Origin: an uncultured bacterium
GTDB lineage: Bacteria; Patescibacteriota; Minisyncoccia; Phycocordibacterales; UBA9973
Reading direction: 5' to 3'
Assembly (NCBI GenBank): GCA_903892035.1
Contig: CAITGV010000002.1
Span: 65,714 to 129,713 of the forward strand
DNA length: 64,000 bases
The notes beneath the pieces are model-generated. The model was not told the DNA's origin. It searched no databases and was given only the letters and a program-made list of their open reading frames with translations. Shown here piece after piece: positions 28,391 to 37,557 of the stretch (the stretch's first letter is position 1; each line of letters begins with the position of its first letter). The position numbers and the translations under genes were made by a program.

Positions 28391-30328
28391 TTATTTTCTC
28401 CTATAACGAAAACCAAGTACTCCACCCACTAAAGCTACCGTAAATACACTTACTGCTACTGGAATTTTTGCTCCGGTTTTAGTTACTGTGGCAATTTGAG
28501 TACTTTTAGGAATACTTTCTTCAATTGGTTTTTCTTCATTCTTACTAGCAAGGACAGTCCTTCCTAGTGGGGCAGTAATTTTCTTTTTTGCTTCTACTAC
28601 TGTTTTAATTGGAGTTACAATTGGTAATATTTGATTCATATTTGGTGTAATGACATCTTTTACTATAATTTGATCTACTGGTGGTGTGGTAATTATATTT
28701 GTTCCAGAATTAATATTTGTTGAATTAATTATTTCCCCTCCGCCACCGCCACCGCCAGTAATATTTTGTTCAATTGGTTTTGAAACTGAATGCATTATTT
28801 GTGCCCAAGTTTTTCCAAGTGCTCCAGGTATTGCATAACTTGTCGCCCAAATACGATTTGAAATAATTTCATTTGCTGGCAAAGCACCGCCATCACTCGT
28901 CTGCTGACTTGCCAAATAATCCAAACCCGTCTTTCCATTTTTACTCCAATTTACTGAAAGTGCTGATTGTGCTTGTAATGCCCAACTTGTCGAAGAAACA
29001 TTTCCCCAACCACCATCGTTTGCTTGTTGTGAATAAATATAATTTCCTGCTTTCGAGAGAGCGATCGATACTCCGGAAACATTACTAAATTGTGATAGTG
29101 CCATAATTCCAGCTCCAGTCATGTCTACACTTTCGTCCCACGAACCATCGGAATTTTGTTTTGAAATAATATATGAAATATCTTTTGAAATAATATCATC
29201 ATTAGAGTTATAACCTGCACTTGATAATGGAATTAAAGAAAAAATATCATCATTTATTAAAGATGCGCCCCCAAATTGTGTACCATCGAATGCTTTTACT
29301 ATTGGAGAAATAAAATCTGCACCGTGAAAAGAATACGGGTTTTGATTTAATGCAAGTAGTGCCATCGAATGGCGTTCATTATCTGTAAGATTTCCACTAA
29401 CAGTATTGTGAGTAGTCATATAATTTAAAATATTTGAATTTGATGAATTATTTGAAGAATAAGCAATTGCTACCCAGTCAGTATACAAATCTGCACCACC
29501 AAATGATCCATCACTTCCCTGTACGCCATTTAAATATGAAATTGCATTTGGTACAGAAAAAATTGGTGGTGGATTTCCGCCACCACTTCCACCCCCACTA
29601 CCCGAAACAGGAGCAATTAGAGAATGAATATTTAATGTGACTTGGTCACCAATATTATTATCAGAAAAATCATGAAGTTGTATCACAATACTGTCACCTG
29701 TATTTACTGGCAGCATTACAATACCCAATTGCGCAGAATTTCCATTTTGTAAAATCGTCCAATATTGGCTATTTGGATCAGCTGTAACATTATTGATTTG
29801 AGTAATAAATAAACCCATACTTGGATATTGATTTGAAAGTTTTACGCTGGAAATCGCTCCATTTGCAATTGCTGTTTCAAGGGCACAAATTGCAAAATAT
29901 GTGCCATCTTCAGAATAATTGTGTACTACTCCGTCATTATCTGTGGCACTACAACTTGTTGGTACATCCACATCTGCAGAAATATTTAAATGTGTCACAA
30001 TTGCATTTACATTCACTGTATATGTGGTTGTCTGCGTTCCATCTGTAATAGTTAGAACTTGATTCGTTGCGGGTGCAGAACTATCAAAACCAGTTATGTT
30101 TGTGGCGGTAATTGTTTCAACTTTAGTACTTGCATCACTGTATGTTCCTGTCACAACAAGTCCAGTGATGTCCAAAGTGTCTCCGACACTATATGTTAAT
30201 TTATTTTCAGGAGTTGTAATAGTGATACTTGAGAGAGTTGGGTCTAGTGGAGGGACAATGTCGTCAGCAAAAACCTTAAAACCAAAACTAAATATAACAA
30301 TTAATAAAAATACTTTTAACTTTTTCAT
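28391..30328 (-). CDS. Secreted/anchored transcobalamin-like protein (Ig-like, DUF4430-like and QxxDG alpha-barrel repeats)
   Basis: Signal peptide MKKLKV; Ig-like YSVGDTLDITGL; GLFITQIN...YW..GDSI; repeated QxxDGxW/F; C-terminal TM with basic tail; downstream of a B12 riboswitch. Confidence 0.75.
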   Translation of the reverse strand: MKKLKVFLLIVIFSFGFKVFADDIVPPLDPTLSSITITTPENKLTYSVGDTLDITGLVVTGTYSDASTKVETITATNITGFDSSAPATNQVLTITDGTQTTTYTVNVNAIVTHLNISADVDVPTSCSATDNDGVVHNYSEDGTYFAICALETAIANGAISSVKLSNQYPSMGLFITQINNVTADPNSQYWTILQNGNSAQLGIVMLPVNTGDSIVIQLHDFSDNNIGDQVTLNIHSLIAPVSGSGGGSGGGNPPPIFSVPNAISYLNGVQGSDGSFGGADLYTDWVAIAYSSNNSSNSNILNYMTTHNTVSGNLTDNERHSMALLALNQNPYSFHGADFISPIVKAFDGTQFGGASLINDDIFSLIPLSSAGYNSNDDIISKDISYIISKQNSDGSWDESVDMTGAGIMALSQFSNVSGVSIALSKAGNYIYSQQANDGGWGNVSSTSWALQAQSALSVNWSKNGKTGLDYLASQQTSDGGALPANEIISNRIWATSYAIPGALGKTWAQIMHSVSKPIEQNITGGGGGGGEIINSTNINSGTNIITTPPVDQIIVKDVITPNMNQILPIVTPIKTVVEAKKKITAPLGRTVLASKNEEKPIEESIPKSTQIATVTKTGAKIPVAVSVFTVALVGGVLGFRYRRK

Positions 30329-30816
30329 TATTCTAATTTCCACTCGATGATATCACCAATATGAGGAATATATGAAGAGATGCCGACAGACGCCTCTTTG
30401 CCATTAATATAGTAAATAATATTTTTTCCATTTCCTTGATGAATATCACCAATATCTGTAACAAAAAATCCTAGTCCTGAATATTCTTTTCCCTTAAAAT
30501 TTAATAAATTATTTTTCTGTCCATTTAGCATTGTTTTATATAAATTGTCCCCAGAAATAAAAGGTAGATTTATGTTTTTATTTTCAATTTTAAAAGTAAT
30601 ATTTTCAGGGATAGTATTAATACCTGTTGAAATCACTTGTGCTAAATTTATATTATTTAATATTTTTTGATTTGGAATATTTACAGATAGATTTTCTGTT
30701 GGAGTACTTTTAATTACTGTTTCTTTTTTATTTCTTGCAGACAAAAATACAATAATTCCTGCTGAAATTATAAGTAAAATTGTTAATATAATAATTTTTT
30801 TTAAAAATTTTGACAT
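30328..30816 (-). CDS. Membrane-anchored DUF4430 (transcobalamin C-terminal-like) protein
   Basis: Likely start MSKFLKK (30816); YSGLGFFVTDIG, YYINGKEASVGISSY, GDIIEW. Confidence 0.85.
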   Translation of the reverse strand: MSKFLKKIIILTILLIISAGIIVFLSARNKKETVIKSTPTENLSVNIPNQKILNNINLAQVISTGINTIPENITFKIENKNINLPFISGDNLYKTMLNGQKNNLLNFKGKEYSGLGFFVTDIGDIHQGNGKNIIYYINGKEASVGISSYIPHIGDIIEWKLE

Positions 30817-30848
30817 AAATAAATGGTACAAAATATAACTAAATACAA

Positions 30849-30916
30849 TATTTCGTCTTCGACTCGAACGATGTGAAAAAGAATACTCTTTCACTCGATT
30901 CTCGCTTGCCGAAATA
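30849..30916. repeat. Nested palindromic element with GACTC/TCGCT internal loop
   Basis: TATTTCG...GACTC-GAACGA-[GTGAAA..TTTCAC]-TCGATTC-TCGCT...CGAAATA. Confidence 0.5.
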
Positions 30917-30917
30917 A

Positions 30918-30943
30918 AAAAATTCCTTCGGAGAGGAATTTTT
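30918..30943 (-). terminator. Intrinsic terminator, probable riboswitch expression platform
   Basis: 10-bp stem AAAAATTCCT/AGGAATTTTT followed by a U tract on the minus strand. Confidence 0.7.
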
Positions 30944-30983
30944 GCGCATGCTAATGCAATACGTTTCCTGCTCGGGACTTACA

Positions 30984-31067
30984 TCATATTAGTAATCGGA
31001 CTTTTCCATTTTATTGGAATCACCGTAGCGGCACTGTGCAGGATTCACACCTGCTTCCCTAATATGA
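30984..31067 (-). ncRNA. Cobalamin riboswitch (compact form)
   Basis: Minus strand TCATATTAG-GGAA-GCAGGTGTGAATCCTGC-ACAGTGCCGCTACGGTGA...AAGTCCGATTA-CTAATATGA; has the GGGAA, GGTG..AATCC and AAGTC elements plus a 9-bp closing stem; located among B12 genes. Confidence 0.88.
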
Positions 31068-31130
31068 ATATTATTTTTTTAAATGCTTCAACATTATACA
31101 CCTATAAAACTTTCATGCAATGCCCCTAAA

Positions 31131-31688
31131 TTAATCATACCTTGGAGCTTCCTCGGTAATACCAGCTACATGGTTAAAACCTCGTGCAAAGGCGTACAAG
31201 ACACTAGAAAGGCGGTTGAGGTACGCAAGAGTATCTTTACCTATTTGAGTGTTATTTTCTTGAGCTACACCGACTACTCGCCTCTCCGCACGGCGAGCGA
31301 TAGTACGGGCAATGTCGGAGAGTGAAGCGAGTTCTGTGCCACCTGAGACAAAAAAGCTTTTTATTGGTGGGAGCATTTTTTCAATATCATCTACAATAGC
31401 TTCCAGCCATTTTACTTTTTCTTCGGTAATTTTTTTATCTGCTCCTGCAAGTTCGGCTTGAATAATAAAAAGGTCTTGTTGAATACGATCAATGGTTTCG
31501 GAAATATTCAATTCCCTATCGTGTAAAACAAATTTTACATCCTTAGCTTTTACTTTTACTAAACCAAGAAATGAATTTATTTCATCCATTGACCCTAAAG
31601 AATCAGCAATTGCCGAGCTCTTGGATATTCTTTGATCACAAGAAAAAGTTTTTGTTGTTCCATTGTCGCCTTTTCTAGTGTAGAGCAT
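31131..31688 (-). CDS. pduO: PduO-type cob(I)alamin adenosyltransferase
   Basis: YTRKGDNGTT, GSMDEINS, ARTIARRAER, YLNRLSS. Confidence 0.92.
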   Translation of the reverse strand: MLYTRKGDNGTTKTFSCDQRISKSSAIADSLGSMDEINSFLGLVKVKAKDVKFVLHDRELNISETIDRIQQDLFIIQAELAGADKKITEEKVKWLEAIVDDIEKMLPPIKSFFVSGGTELASLSDIARTIARRAERRVVGVAQENNTQIGKDTLAYLNRLSSVLYAFARGFNHVAGITEEAPRYD

Positions 31689-31693
31689 ATTTT

Positions 31694-33970
31694 TTAGACT
31701 TCACAAAGACCTGCGACGCAAGCCAACTCTTTTTTAACCTCTGTTTCGTCTTCTTTTTCGTAAGTAACTATCTTTGAGAAATCTAAATCACCAAGACGAG
31801 CCTTCATTTCTTCATAGCGCTCTTTTGAAATAGTTTCATATGGAGCAAGTTGGTACACATGATTTGAACGAGGAAGGAAAGAAAGTCCACCGACAAGTTC
31901 CCAGTTTTCATACAACCAATGAGCAACTTTTAGCCATTCATCGTCACCAACAGAAATAGTAACTGAAGGATTGTGTTCTGTATAATGTTTTTTTACAACT
32001 TTCCAATGTTCAAGTTGTGCAATTGCATTTATGTCATTGCTACAAATTGCACCCTCTGGAGCTTTCACTGGAAATTCCAAAACATATGTTGTTGCAGATT
32101 CCAATGTTTGACCTACTTCTGGATAATAAGGAACTCCTTGATCTTTCAACATTTTGAAAAGTGCATCTGTGGATGAGATACGAATACGACGAATGTAATA
32201 TGGAGCGTGGCGAGGGTGCATTCCAGAAGCACAGTCTACGGTTTGAGATACTGTTCCAGATGGCTTCACACAAGTGACACAAGTTGAAGCACTAACTCCC
32301 AATTTTTTTGCATATTTTTTATTTGTTTCAACAGCAAGAATTCTCATCTTTTCTAAAATTTTTGGGTCTCTAGCTAGACTTGAGTCCCACTGACCAGTGA
32401 CAGAAACTCCGAGCAATCTTTCTTGTTCACAATTCTTTTTCCATTCTTTTGAAAGATAAGGGAAATATGTAAGTGATGATTGATATGTTCCTAAAATTGT
32501 AGCTACACGAATTTTTCGCATAAGTGTCTCTTCTGTATCTTCGGCACGTGCAATTACTTCTGAAAGATTACAAAATTGTTTTGATTGCAAAATAATTTCT
32601 CCACAAGGATTTGTTCCCCATGATGGATAATTTTTATCTGGCCATTGTTCGAGACGACGTTTTGGCAAAGTGTCGGCAAGACCACCACGATTAAATATTC
32701 CACGTTCGCCCGAACCACTTTTAATAAGAGCAATCCACTCATCGAGGAACTCTGTTGTACCAGGTTTTGTGTGGTAAACAGCAGAGTTATTTGCAAGCAT
32801 TCTCTGACCTTCGTTCATATAAAATTGTCCTTTTTTGGAATCACGAATTGCTTCATCGTCTAGATCTGAAAGTGAAATCATTGCACTTCGGCGAACTCCT
32901 CCAGCGACAACACATTCACCTATCTTACAAATGATATCGTGTGCATCTAGGTTTGAAAGATGGCGTCCTTGTCTGCGGAAAATTCTTTCACGAGTAAATT
33001 CAAGAAGAGATTGAAGTGGAGCAGGACCAGAACTTTTTCCTCCCATTGTTTTCAGTCTTGATCCAGCTGGACGAATTGCTCCGTAGTCAAAAGAAACATC
33101 ATCACCATCAAACCAAGTCTTCATGCCATATGCCAATGCATCTGCCCAACCTTCTTTACTATCTGGCACCATATATACTGGAAGTTTTTTACCAGATTGT
33201 TTTTGAATTTGTGGAAGTGCTTGAATATTTTCACTTTCAACTGACCAGCCCACACCAGTTCCACACATTGATATATACATTATTTCTGCAAAATCTTGAA
33301 AACATTTTGGCGCAATAAATGAACAATTGTAAGCGCAAACATTTGTACGTCGTGCCGACTTACCAGCAAATTGCAATAAACGCATTGAAGGCATCGCTTC
33401 TTGTTTTAAAATTGCCTGGCGAACTTCTTCATATTCAACATTTGTTAATTTTGTACCGACATTGTCACGCATAAAATCCATGTAGCGATCGACTGTCTCG
33501 ATCCATGTCTCACGGCGACCTTCTTCGGGAATCCATTTTGCATAACTACGATAATACACAAGCTCAGCTAAAGGATTGCGGAAATATTGTTTACTTTCTG
33601 CAACAAGTGCTTTGACTTTCTCTGGCACAAAACCAACTTTCTGACGAACCATTGAACGTTCTTTTCGGTAAAGAATGTATGCTTTTGCTGTCTGATGAAA
33701 ACCAGTATCAATGAGTGCATTTTCTACTGTGTCCTGAATTGTTTCCACATGAGGAATATATGCCTTCAATTTTTTAATTTTTTTAACTTCCAAAAGAATA
33801 TCCAAAACTTTAAGCATGACTGTCTCTGCACTTTCTTCATTACCTTCACCGACAGATTGCATTGCGCGAAAAATAGCGCGAGTAATGCGCTTTTCATCGA
33901 GTGGTACTACTGTACTGTCTCTTTTTTGTATGCTTTGTAATGCAGAATACTTTTTGTTGTTTTTTTTCAT
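31694..33970 (-). CDS. nrdJ: Class II adenosylcobalamin-dependent ribonucleotide reductase with ATP cone
   Basis: N-terminal ATP cone, NCSF, GGVRRSA, TNPCGE, VKPSGT, C-terminal CVAGLCEV; no NrdB in the window. Confidence 0.93.
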   Translation of the reverse strand: MKKNNKKYSALQSIQKRDSTVVPLDEKRITRAIFRAMQSVGEGNEESAETVMLKVLDILLEVKKIKKLKAYIPHVETIQDTVENALIDTGFHQTAKAYILYRKERSMVRQKVGFVPEKVKALVAESKQYFRNPLAELVYYRSYAKWIPEEGRRETWIETVDRYMDFMRDNVGTKLTNVEYEEVRQAILKQEAMPSMRLLQFAGKSARRTNVCAYNCSFIAPKCFQDFAEIMYISMCGTGVGWSVESENIQALPQIQKQSGKKLPVYMVPDSKEGWADALAYGMKTWFDGDDVSFDYGAIRPAGSRLKTMGGKSSGPAPLQSLLEFTRERIFRRQGRHLSNLDAHDIICKIGECVVAGGVRRSAMISLSDLDDEAIRDSKKGQFYMNEGQRMLANNSAVYHTKPGTTEFLDEWIALIKSGSGERGIFNRGGLADTLPKRRLEQWPDKNYPSWGTNPCGEIILQSKQFCNLSEVIARAEDTEETLMRKIRVATILGTYQSSLTYFPYLSKEWKKNCEQERLLGVSVTGQWDSSLARDPKILEKMRILAVETNKKYAKKLGVSASTCVTCVKPSGTVSQTVDCASGMHPRHAPYYIRRIRISSTDALFKMLKDQGVPYYPEVGQTLESATTYVLEFPVKAPEGAICSNDINAIAQLEHWKVVKKHYTEHNPSVTISVGDDEWLKVAHWLYENWELVGGLSFLPRSNHVYQLAPYETISKERYEEMKARLGDLDFSKIVTYEKEDETEVKKELACVAGLCEV

Positions 33971-34512
33971 GCTTTTTGTGGATTAAAAATATTAATAATA
34001 GAAAAATTTTCAAATTTTTTGTTAAGAATTACATAACGATAAATAACTGGGGATAACATTATCGCAAATATAAGATTTCCTAGCAAGTGTGCAAGCGTAA
34101 ATGGAATTTGTCCGACTAAAGAAACTTCAAAACTTTGATGAAAAAACAATGGACCGATAGTCAAACCCGTAACTGCGTCGTAAGCGATGGTACCCATAAT
34201 TGCAAATTTTGCGTAATTCCATGCATTGCTCTCTTTATTTTGGAAATAAAATGCTGACCAGAGTCCCAAAAGGCCGTAAGAGAGTGCTGTAATCCAAGTC
34301 CATACTCCTACGTGTCCTGTAATGATGTCGTACAAAATCATACTAATAAAAGCAAAAGAAAATCCTGCGAACTTTCCAAATGCTTTTGAAAATGGCATTT
34401 GAGTCGCGAGGATTGGCTCGATATTTGGTGGACGAAATGGTATAAGACGAATTAAAAGACAAGAAATAAATCCGACAATATATTTAAGATAATTTTTTTG
34501 ATTCGTTTTCAT
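33967..34512 (-). CDS. Putative ECF S-component-like vitamin (B12) transporter
   Basis: 181 aa, about 6 TM helices, RLIPFRPPNIEP, PFTLAHLLGN; ATGA overlap with nrdJ. Confidence 0.7.
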   Translation of the reverse strand: MKTNQKNYLKYIVGFISCLLIRLIPFRPPNIEPILATQMPFSKAFGKFAGFSFAFISMILYDIITGHVGVWTWITALSYGLLGLWSAFYFQNKESNAWNYAKFAIMGTIAYDAVTGLTIGPLFFHQSFEVSLVGQIPFTLAHLLGNLIFAIMLSPVIYRYVILNKKFENFSIINIFNPQKA

Positions 34513-34616
34513 ATTTAGGGGTCAAAATAAACGCTTGCAAGGTTTTCAAGCACAGTGGTATAATATTTGCAGTTAAGAATTTACAAAACTACTAATCAAG
34601 TATAACAAAAAAAATT

Positions 34617-34652
34617 CCACTAAACATTGTGGATAACCCAAAAAATTAGTGG
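34617..34652. promoter_or_regulatory. Possible NrdR box(es) overlapping a perfect DnaA box
   Basis: CCACTAAACATTGTGG (34617-34632), weaker CCCAAAAAATTAGTGG (34637-34652), TGTGGATAA (34628-34636). Confidence 0.45.
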
Positions 34653-34706
34653 TAAGAAAACTTTTTGAAGACAGTGTCAAAACATTATTAGTTAATAGAT
34701 ATAATT

Positions 34707-35261
34707 ATGAAGCATCATATTATTGAGGACTCACCGTTTGCAAAGTTTTTCTTTACTAGTTCTAAGGCCAGCTGGTTTTGGCTTATTGTACGTATATATG
34801 TGGGCTGGCAATGGCTCGAAGCTGGTTGGGGTAAAATCCACCAAAGCGTATGGGTAGGACCCGATGCTGGTGGAGCAATTTCTGGTTTTGTGAATGGAGC
34901 AATTGCTAAAACTGGTGGAGCTCACCCAGATGTACAAGGTTGGTATGGATGGTTTTTACAAAATGTAGTACTACCTCATCCAAATCTTTGGTCACACGCA
35001 GTTGCATATGGAGAAGTACTTGTTGGTGTAGCTCTTATAATAGGAGCATTTACTGGTATCGCAGCATTTTTTGGACTCTTTATGAATTTAAATTACCTAT
35101 TGGCTGGCACAGTAAGTGTGAACCCAATTTTATTTACATTAAGTATTGGTTTGATTCTTGCTTGGAAAGTTGCAGGACTTTTGGGAGTTGATCACTATTT
35201 ATTGCCACTACTTGGAACTCCGTGGAAAAATAATGGCACGGGAGAACAAGCGAAAGTTTAA
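34707..35261 (+). CDS. DoxX/DoxD-family membrane protein
   Basis: RIYVGWQWLEAGWGK, GEVLVG, GTVSVNP. Confidence 0.85.
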   Translation: MKHHIIEDSPFAKFFFTSSKASWFWLIVRIYVGWQWLEAGWGKIHQSVWVGPDAGGAISGFVNGAIAKTGGAHPDVQGWYGWFLQNVVLPHPNLWSHAVAYGEVLVGVALIIGAFTGIAAFFGLFMNLNYLLAGTVSVNPILFTLSIGLILAWKVAGLLGVDHYLLPLLGTPWKNNGTGEQAKV

Positions 35262-35300
35262 TATATAGAATTCGTCACGTAAAAATGGTACCTTTAAAAG

Positions 35301-36032
35301 GTGCCATTTTTTGTTATACATAAAAAATTAGGGGAAACGCCACTTCAAGCGCTTGAAGGAGTGCGGGCGAAAAACAATATTGGAAAAGAGATTCCAATGA
35401 CTTACGCTGGGCGCTTGGACCCAGCAGCAGAAGGATTTCTCATAATCCTATCGGGCGACGATGTACACAAAAAAGATGAATATAAAAATTTAGAAAAAAT
35501 TTACGAAGTTGATTTAATTTTTGGACTTTCGACAGATACAGGAGACTTACTTGGTGTACTAAAAAGTGCACAAGTCAGATGTGTAACAAAAATTACAGAA
35601 GAAGATTTAAATAGTGTACTTGCAAAACTTTCTGGCACGCGCGAACAAAAATTTCATTCCTTTTCTTCAAAACCTGTCGATGGCCTTCCCCTTTGGTCGC
35701 ATATGCGAGAAAATAATAATGTAGAAATTCCTTCACACACAATTACGATAAATAAAATTTCAATATTGAAAGATGAAAATATTTCCTCTTCTGAAATATT
35801 TAAACAAGTTGAAAATATCACCACTCTTGTCACTGGCGACTTTCGACAAAAAGAAATTCTCGACTCATGGCAAAAAATTCCCAAAAATGAAACTTTTCAA
35901 AAATTCACCATAAAAGTCTCCTGCTCTTCCGGCACTTACATGCGCGTCCTCGCCGAAGAAATCGGCTCGCTCCTAAACTCCCCCACTCTCGCTTCACGAA
36001 TTTTTAGAAAAAGTGTCGGGGAATTTAAATAA
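35301..36032 (+). CDS. truB: TruB-like tRNA pseudouridine synthase
   Basis: YAGRLDPAAEG, TDTGD, CSSGTYMRVLA. Confidence 0.8.
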   Translation: MPFFVIHKKLGETPLQALEGVRAKNNIGKEIPMTYAGRLDPAAEGFLIILSGDDVHKKDEYKNLEKIYEVDLIFGLSTDTGDLLGVLKSAQVRCVTKITEEDLNSVLAKLSGTREQKFHSFSSKPVDGLPLWSHMRENNNVEIPSHTITINKISILKDENISSSEIFKQVENITTLVTGDFRQKEILDSWQKIPKNETFQKFTIKVSCSSGTYMRVLAEEIGSLLNSPTLASRIFRKSVGEFK

Positions 36033-36043
36033 TTCAAAAAAAA

Positions 36044-36071
36044 GAGACCCCCTACTTTCGTAAAGGGTCTC
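36044..36071. terminator. Hairpin between convergent genes
   Basis: GAGACCC...GGGTCTC preceded by an A tract (U tract on the minus strand). Confidence 0.55.
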
Positions 36072-36095
36072 AATGTGCTGATAATACAATCTGCA

Positions 36096-36650
36096 CTAAT
36101 TTAAAATTGGATCGACTGGAATTTGCCAATCCTTAATTTGCGAGCGTAAAACAATAGCTTCAGTTTCATTTATGACATCATTTTCTAAAAAAATATCAAC
36201 AAATTCTTCTGCTTGTGTATTATTTTCCAACTCGCCTGTTACACTACCGCTCTTGGTAACAATTCTGGCGCAATGACAATGTTTACAAACAACAAGAACT
36301 GATTCTTCAACTGGAAAGTTCGGCATAATATGACCTTTAGTCATTGATAGAATTTCTTCACTTGTTACAGAAATTCTATCAATTTTATCAGCAACATATC
36401 GAATAATTTTATTAATAGTATCCTCTCTTTCTTCTTCATTGAAATAAACAGGCATTTCTTTGTTTTTTGCTAAACTTGCAAATTTTTTTGTAATAGATTC
36501 TAGTTCTGATTCGGGAATATTTCCCATTTCCATTTGATGAGCAATCTCTTTACTCATACTTATTAAGGACTTAAACCCACCAATAACTTTGTTATTAGAG
36601 AGAATGATGGTGCCTTCACCATTTTTGGCTCGAATTACTGTTTTTCTCAC
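36096..36650 (-). CDS. Hypothetical protein
   Basis: 184-aa ORF with CKHCHC; no family recognised. Confidence 0.6.
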   Translation of the reverse strand: MRKTVIRAKNGEGTIILSNNKVIGGFKSLISMSKEIAHQMEMGNIPESELESITKKFASLAKNKEMPVYFNEEEREDTINKIIRYVADKIDRISVTSEEILSMTKGHIMPNFPVEESVLVVCKHCHCARIVTKSGSVTGELENNTQAEEFVDIFLENDVINETEAIVLRSQIKDWQIPVDPILN

Positions 36651-36743
36651 TTTTTTATTTTTTAATGTTTAACAATTACTTTATGAATTTCACAATAAAA
36701 TTATCACAAATAGTCTTTTGTGTCAATAGATATATTTTTTTTG

Positions 36744-36816
36744 TGCGCGATAGAGGATTCGAACCTCTGACCTACCCCACGTCAAGGGGTCGCTCTACCA
36801 ACTGAGCTAACCGCGC
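36744..36816 (-). tRNA. tRNA-Val(GAC)
   Basis: GCGCGGT/ATCGCGC acceptor, ACCCC-TTGACGT-GGGGT anticodon arm. Confidence 0.95.
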
Positions 36817-36890
36817 AAACTCCATCGATACCTACCAAAACAGCATAACCGTTCAAACACCATCGATACATACCAAAACAGCATAACCGT
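36817..36890. repeat. Tandem repeat with 38-bp period in the tRNA-Val leader
   Basis: 36817-36852 and 36855-36890 match at 34/36. Confidence 0.9.
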
Positions 36891-36957
36891 GTATATAGTC
36901 AATAAATATAAAGATACAACATTTACAGTCTTTTTTCAATCTCAAAAGTTAAAAATA

Positions 36958-37479
36958 CTATAAATCCTTCTCCATCCAATAATATTCAATATCACCATTT
37001 TTTCCCTCACTTGTAACTTTAAAACCCATTCTGTCATATGTATTTTTAGCCTTATTTCCTTTTATTACATTCAGTATTGCTTTCTTTGCATATTTATTTT
37101 TTACTTCTTGCAATACTTGAGCCATAAGTTTTTCTCAAATTCCCTTTCCCTGTAATTCTTCTTTTAAATAAACAGCTCGTATCAGCCACGTATCTTTTAT
37201 TTTTTTATCTAATTCTGCTGCAGCCATACCGACGGTTTCATTTCCCTCTTTTACTAGATAAACAAAACCATTTTTATTTTTTAGATCTTCCAACCATTCT
37301 CCATCTTTGCGTTCATTTATTTTTTTAGCTTTTTCTTCAGTAATATTATAAGCTTTTGGCTCCTTATCTACTGCCTCGAGACGAATTTTTTTATAATCTT
37401 CAACATCGCTCTCTTCAGCTAAGCGAATAGCAATATTTAGATTTTCTTGTTTAGGCATAAAATTTCCTTGATTTTCCAT
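36958..37479 (-). pseudogene. GNAT acetyltransferase interrupted by an in-frame TGA
   Basis: LQGKGI*EKLMAQVLQEV...LNV...YDRMGFK...MEKDL*: the frame stays open 58 codons past the TGA at 37135-37137. Confidence 0.85.
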
Positions 37480-37557
37480 TTATCAATTATACCAACAATA
37501 ATGGCAAAGAGAAAATGACTTGCAAAATAAGCATTTAATGGTAATCTGTAATACATA

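Noticed and set aside
30817-30894. N-terminal extension of the DUF4430 ORF from the ORF track
   Set aside because: It runs through the palindromic element; MSKFLKK gives a normal membrane anchor.
34628-34636. Replication origin
   Set aside because: Only one perfect DnaA box was seen and there is no dnaA or dnaN nearby.
36817-36890. 36-bp repeats as a CRISPR array
   Set aside because: Only two copies separated by 2 nt, no spacers, no cas genes.
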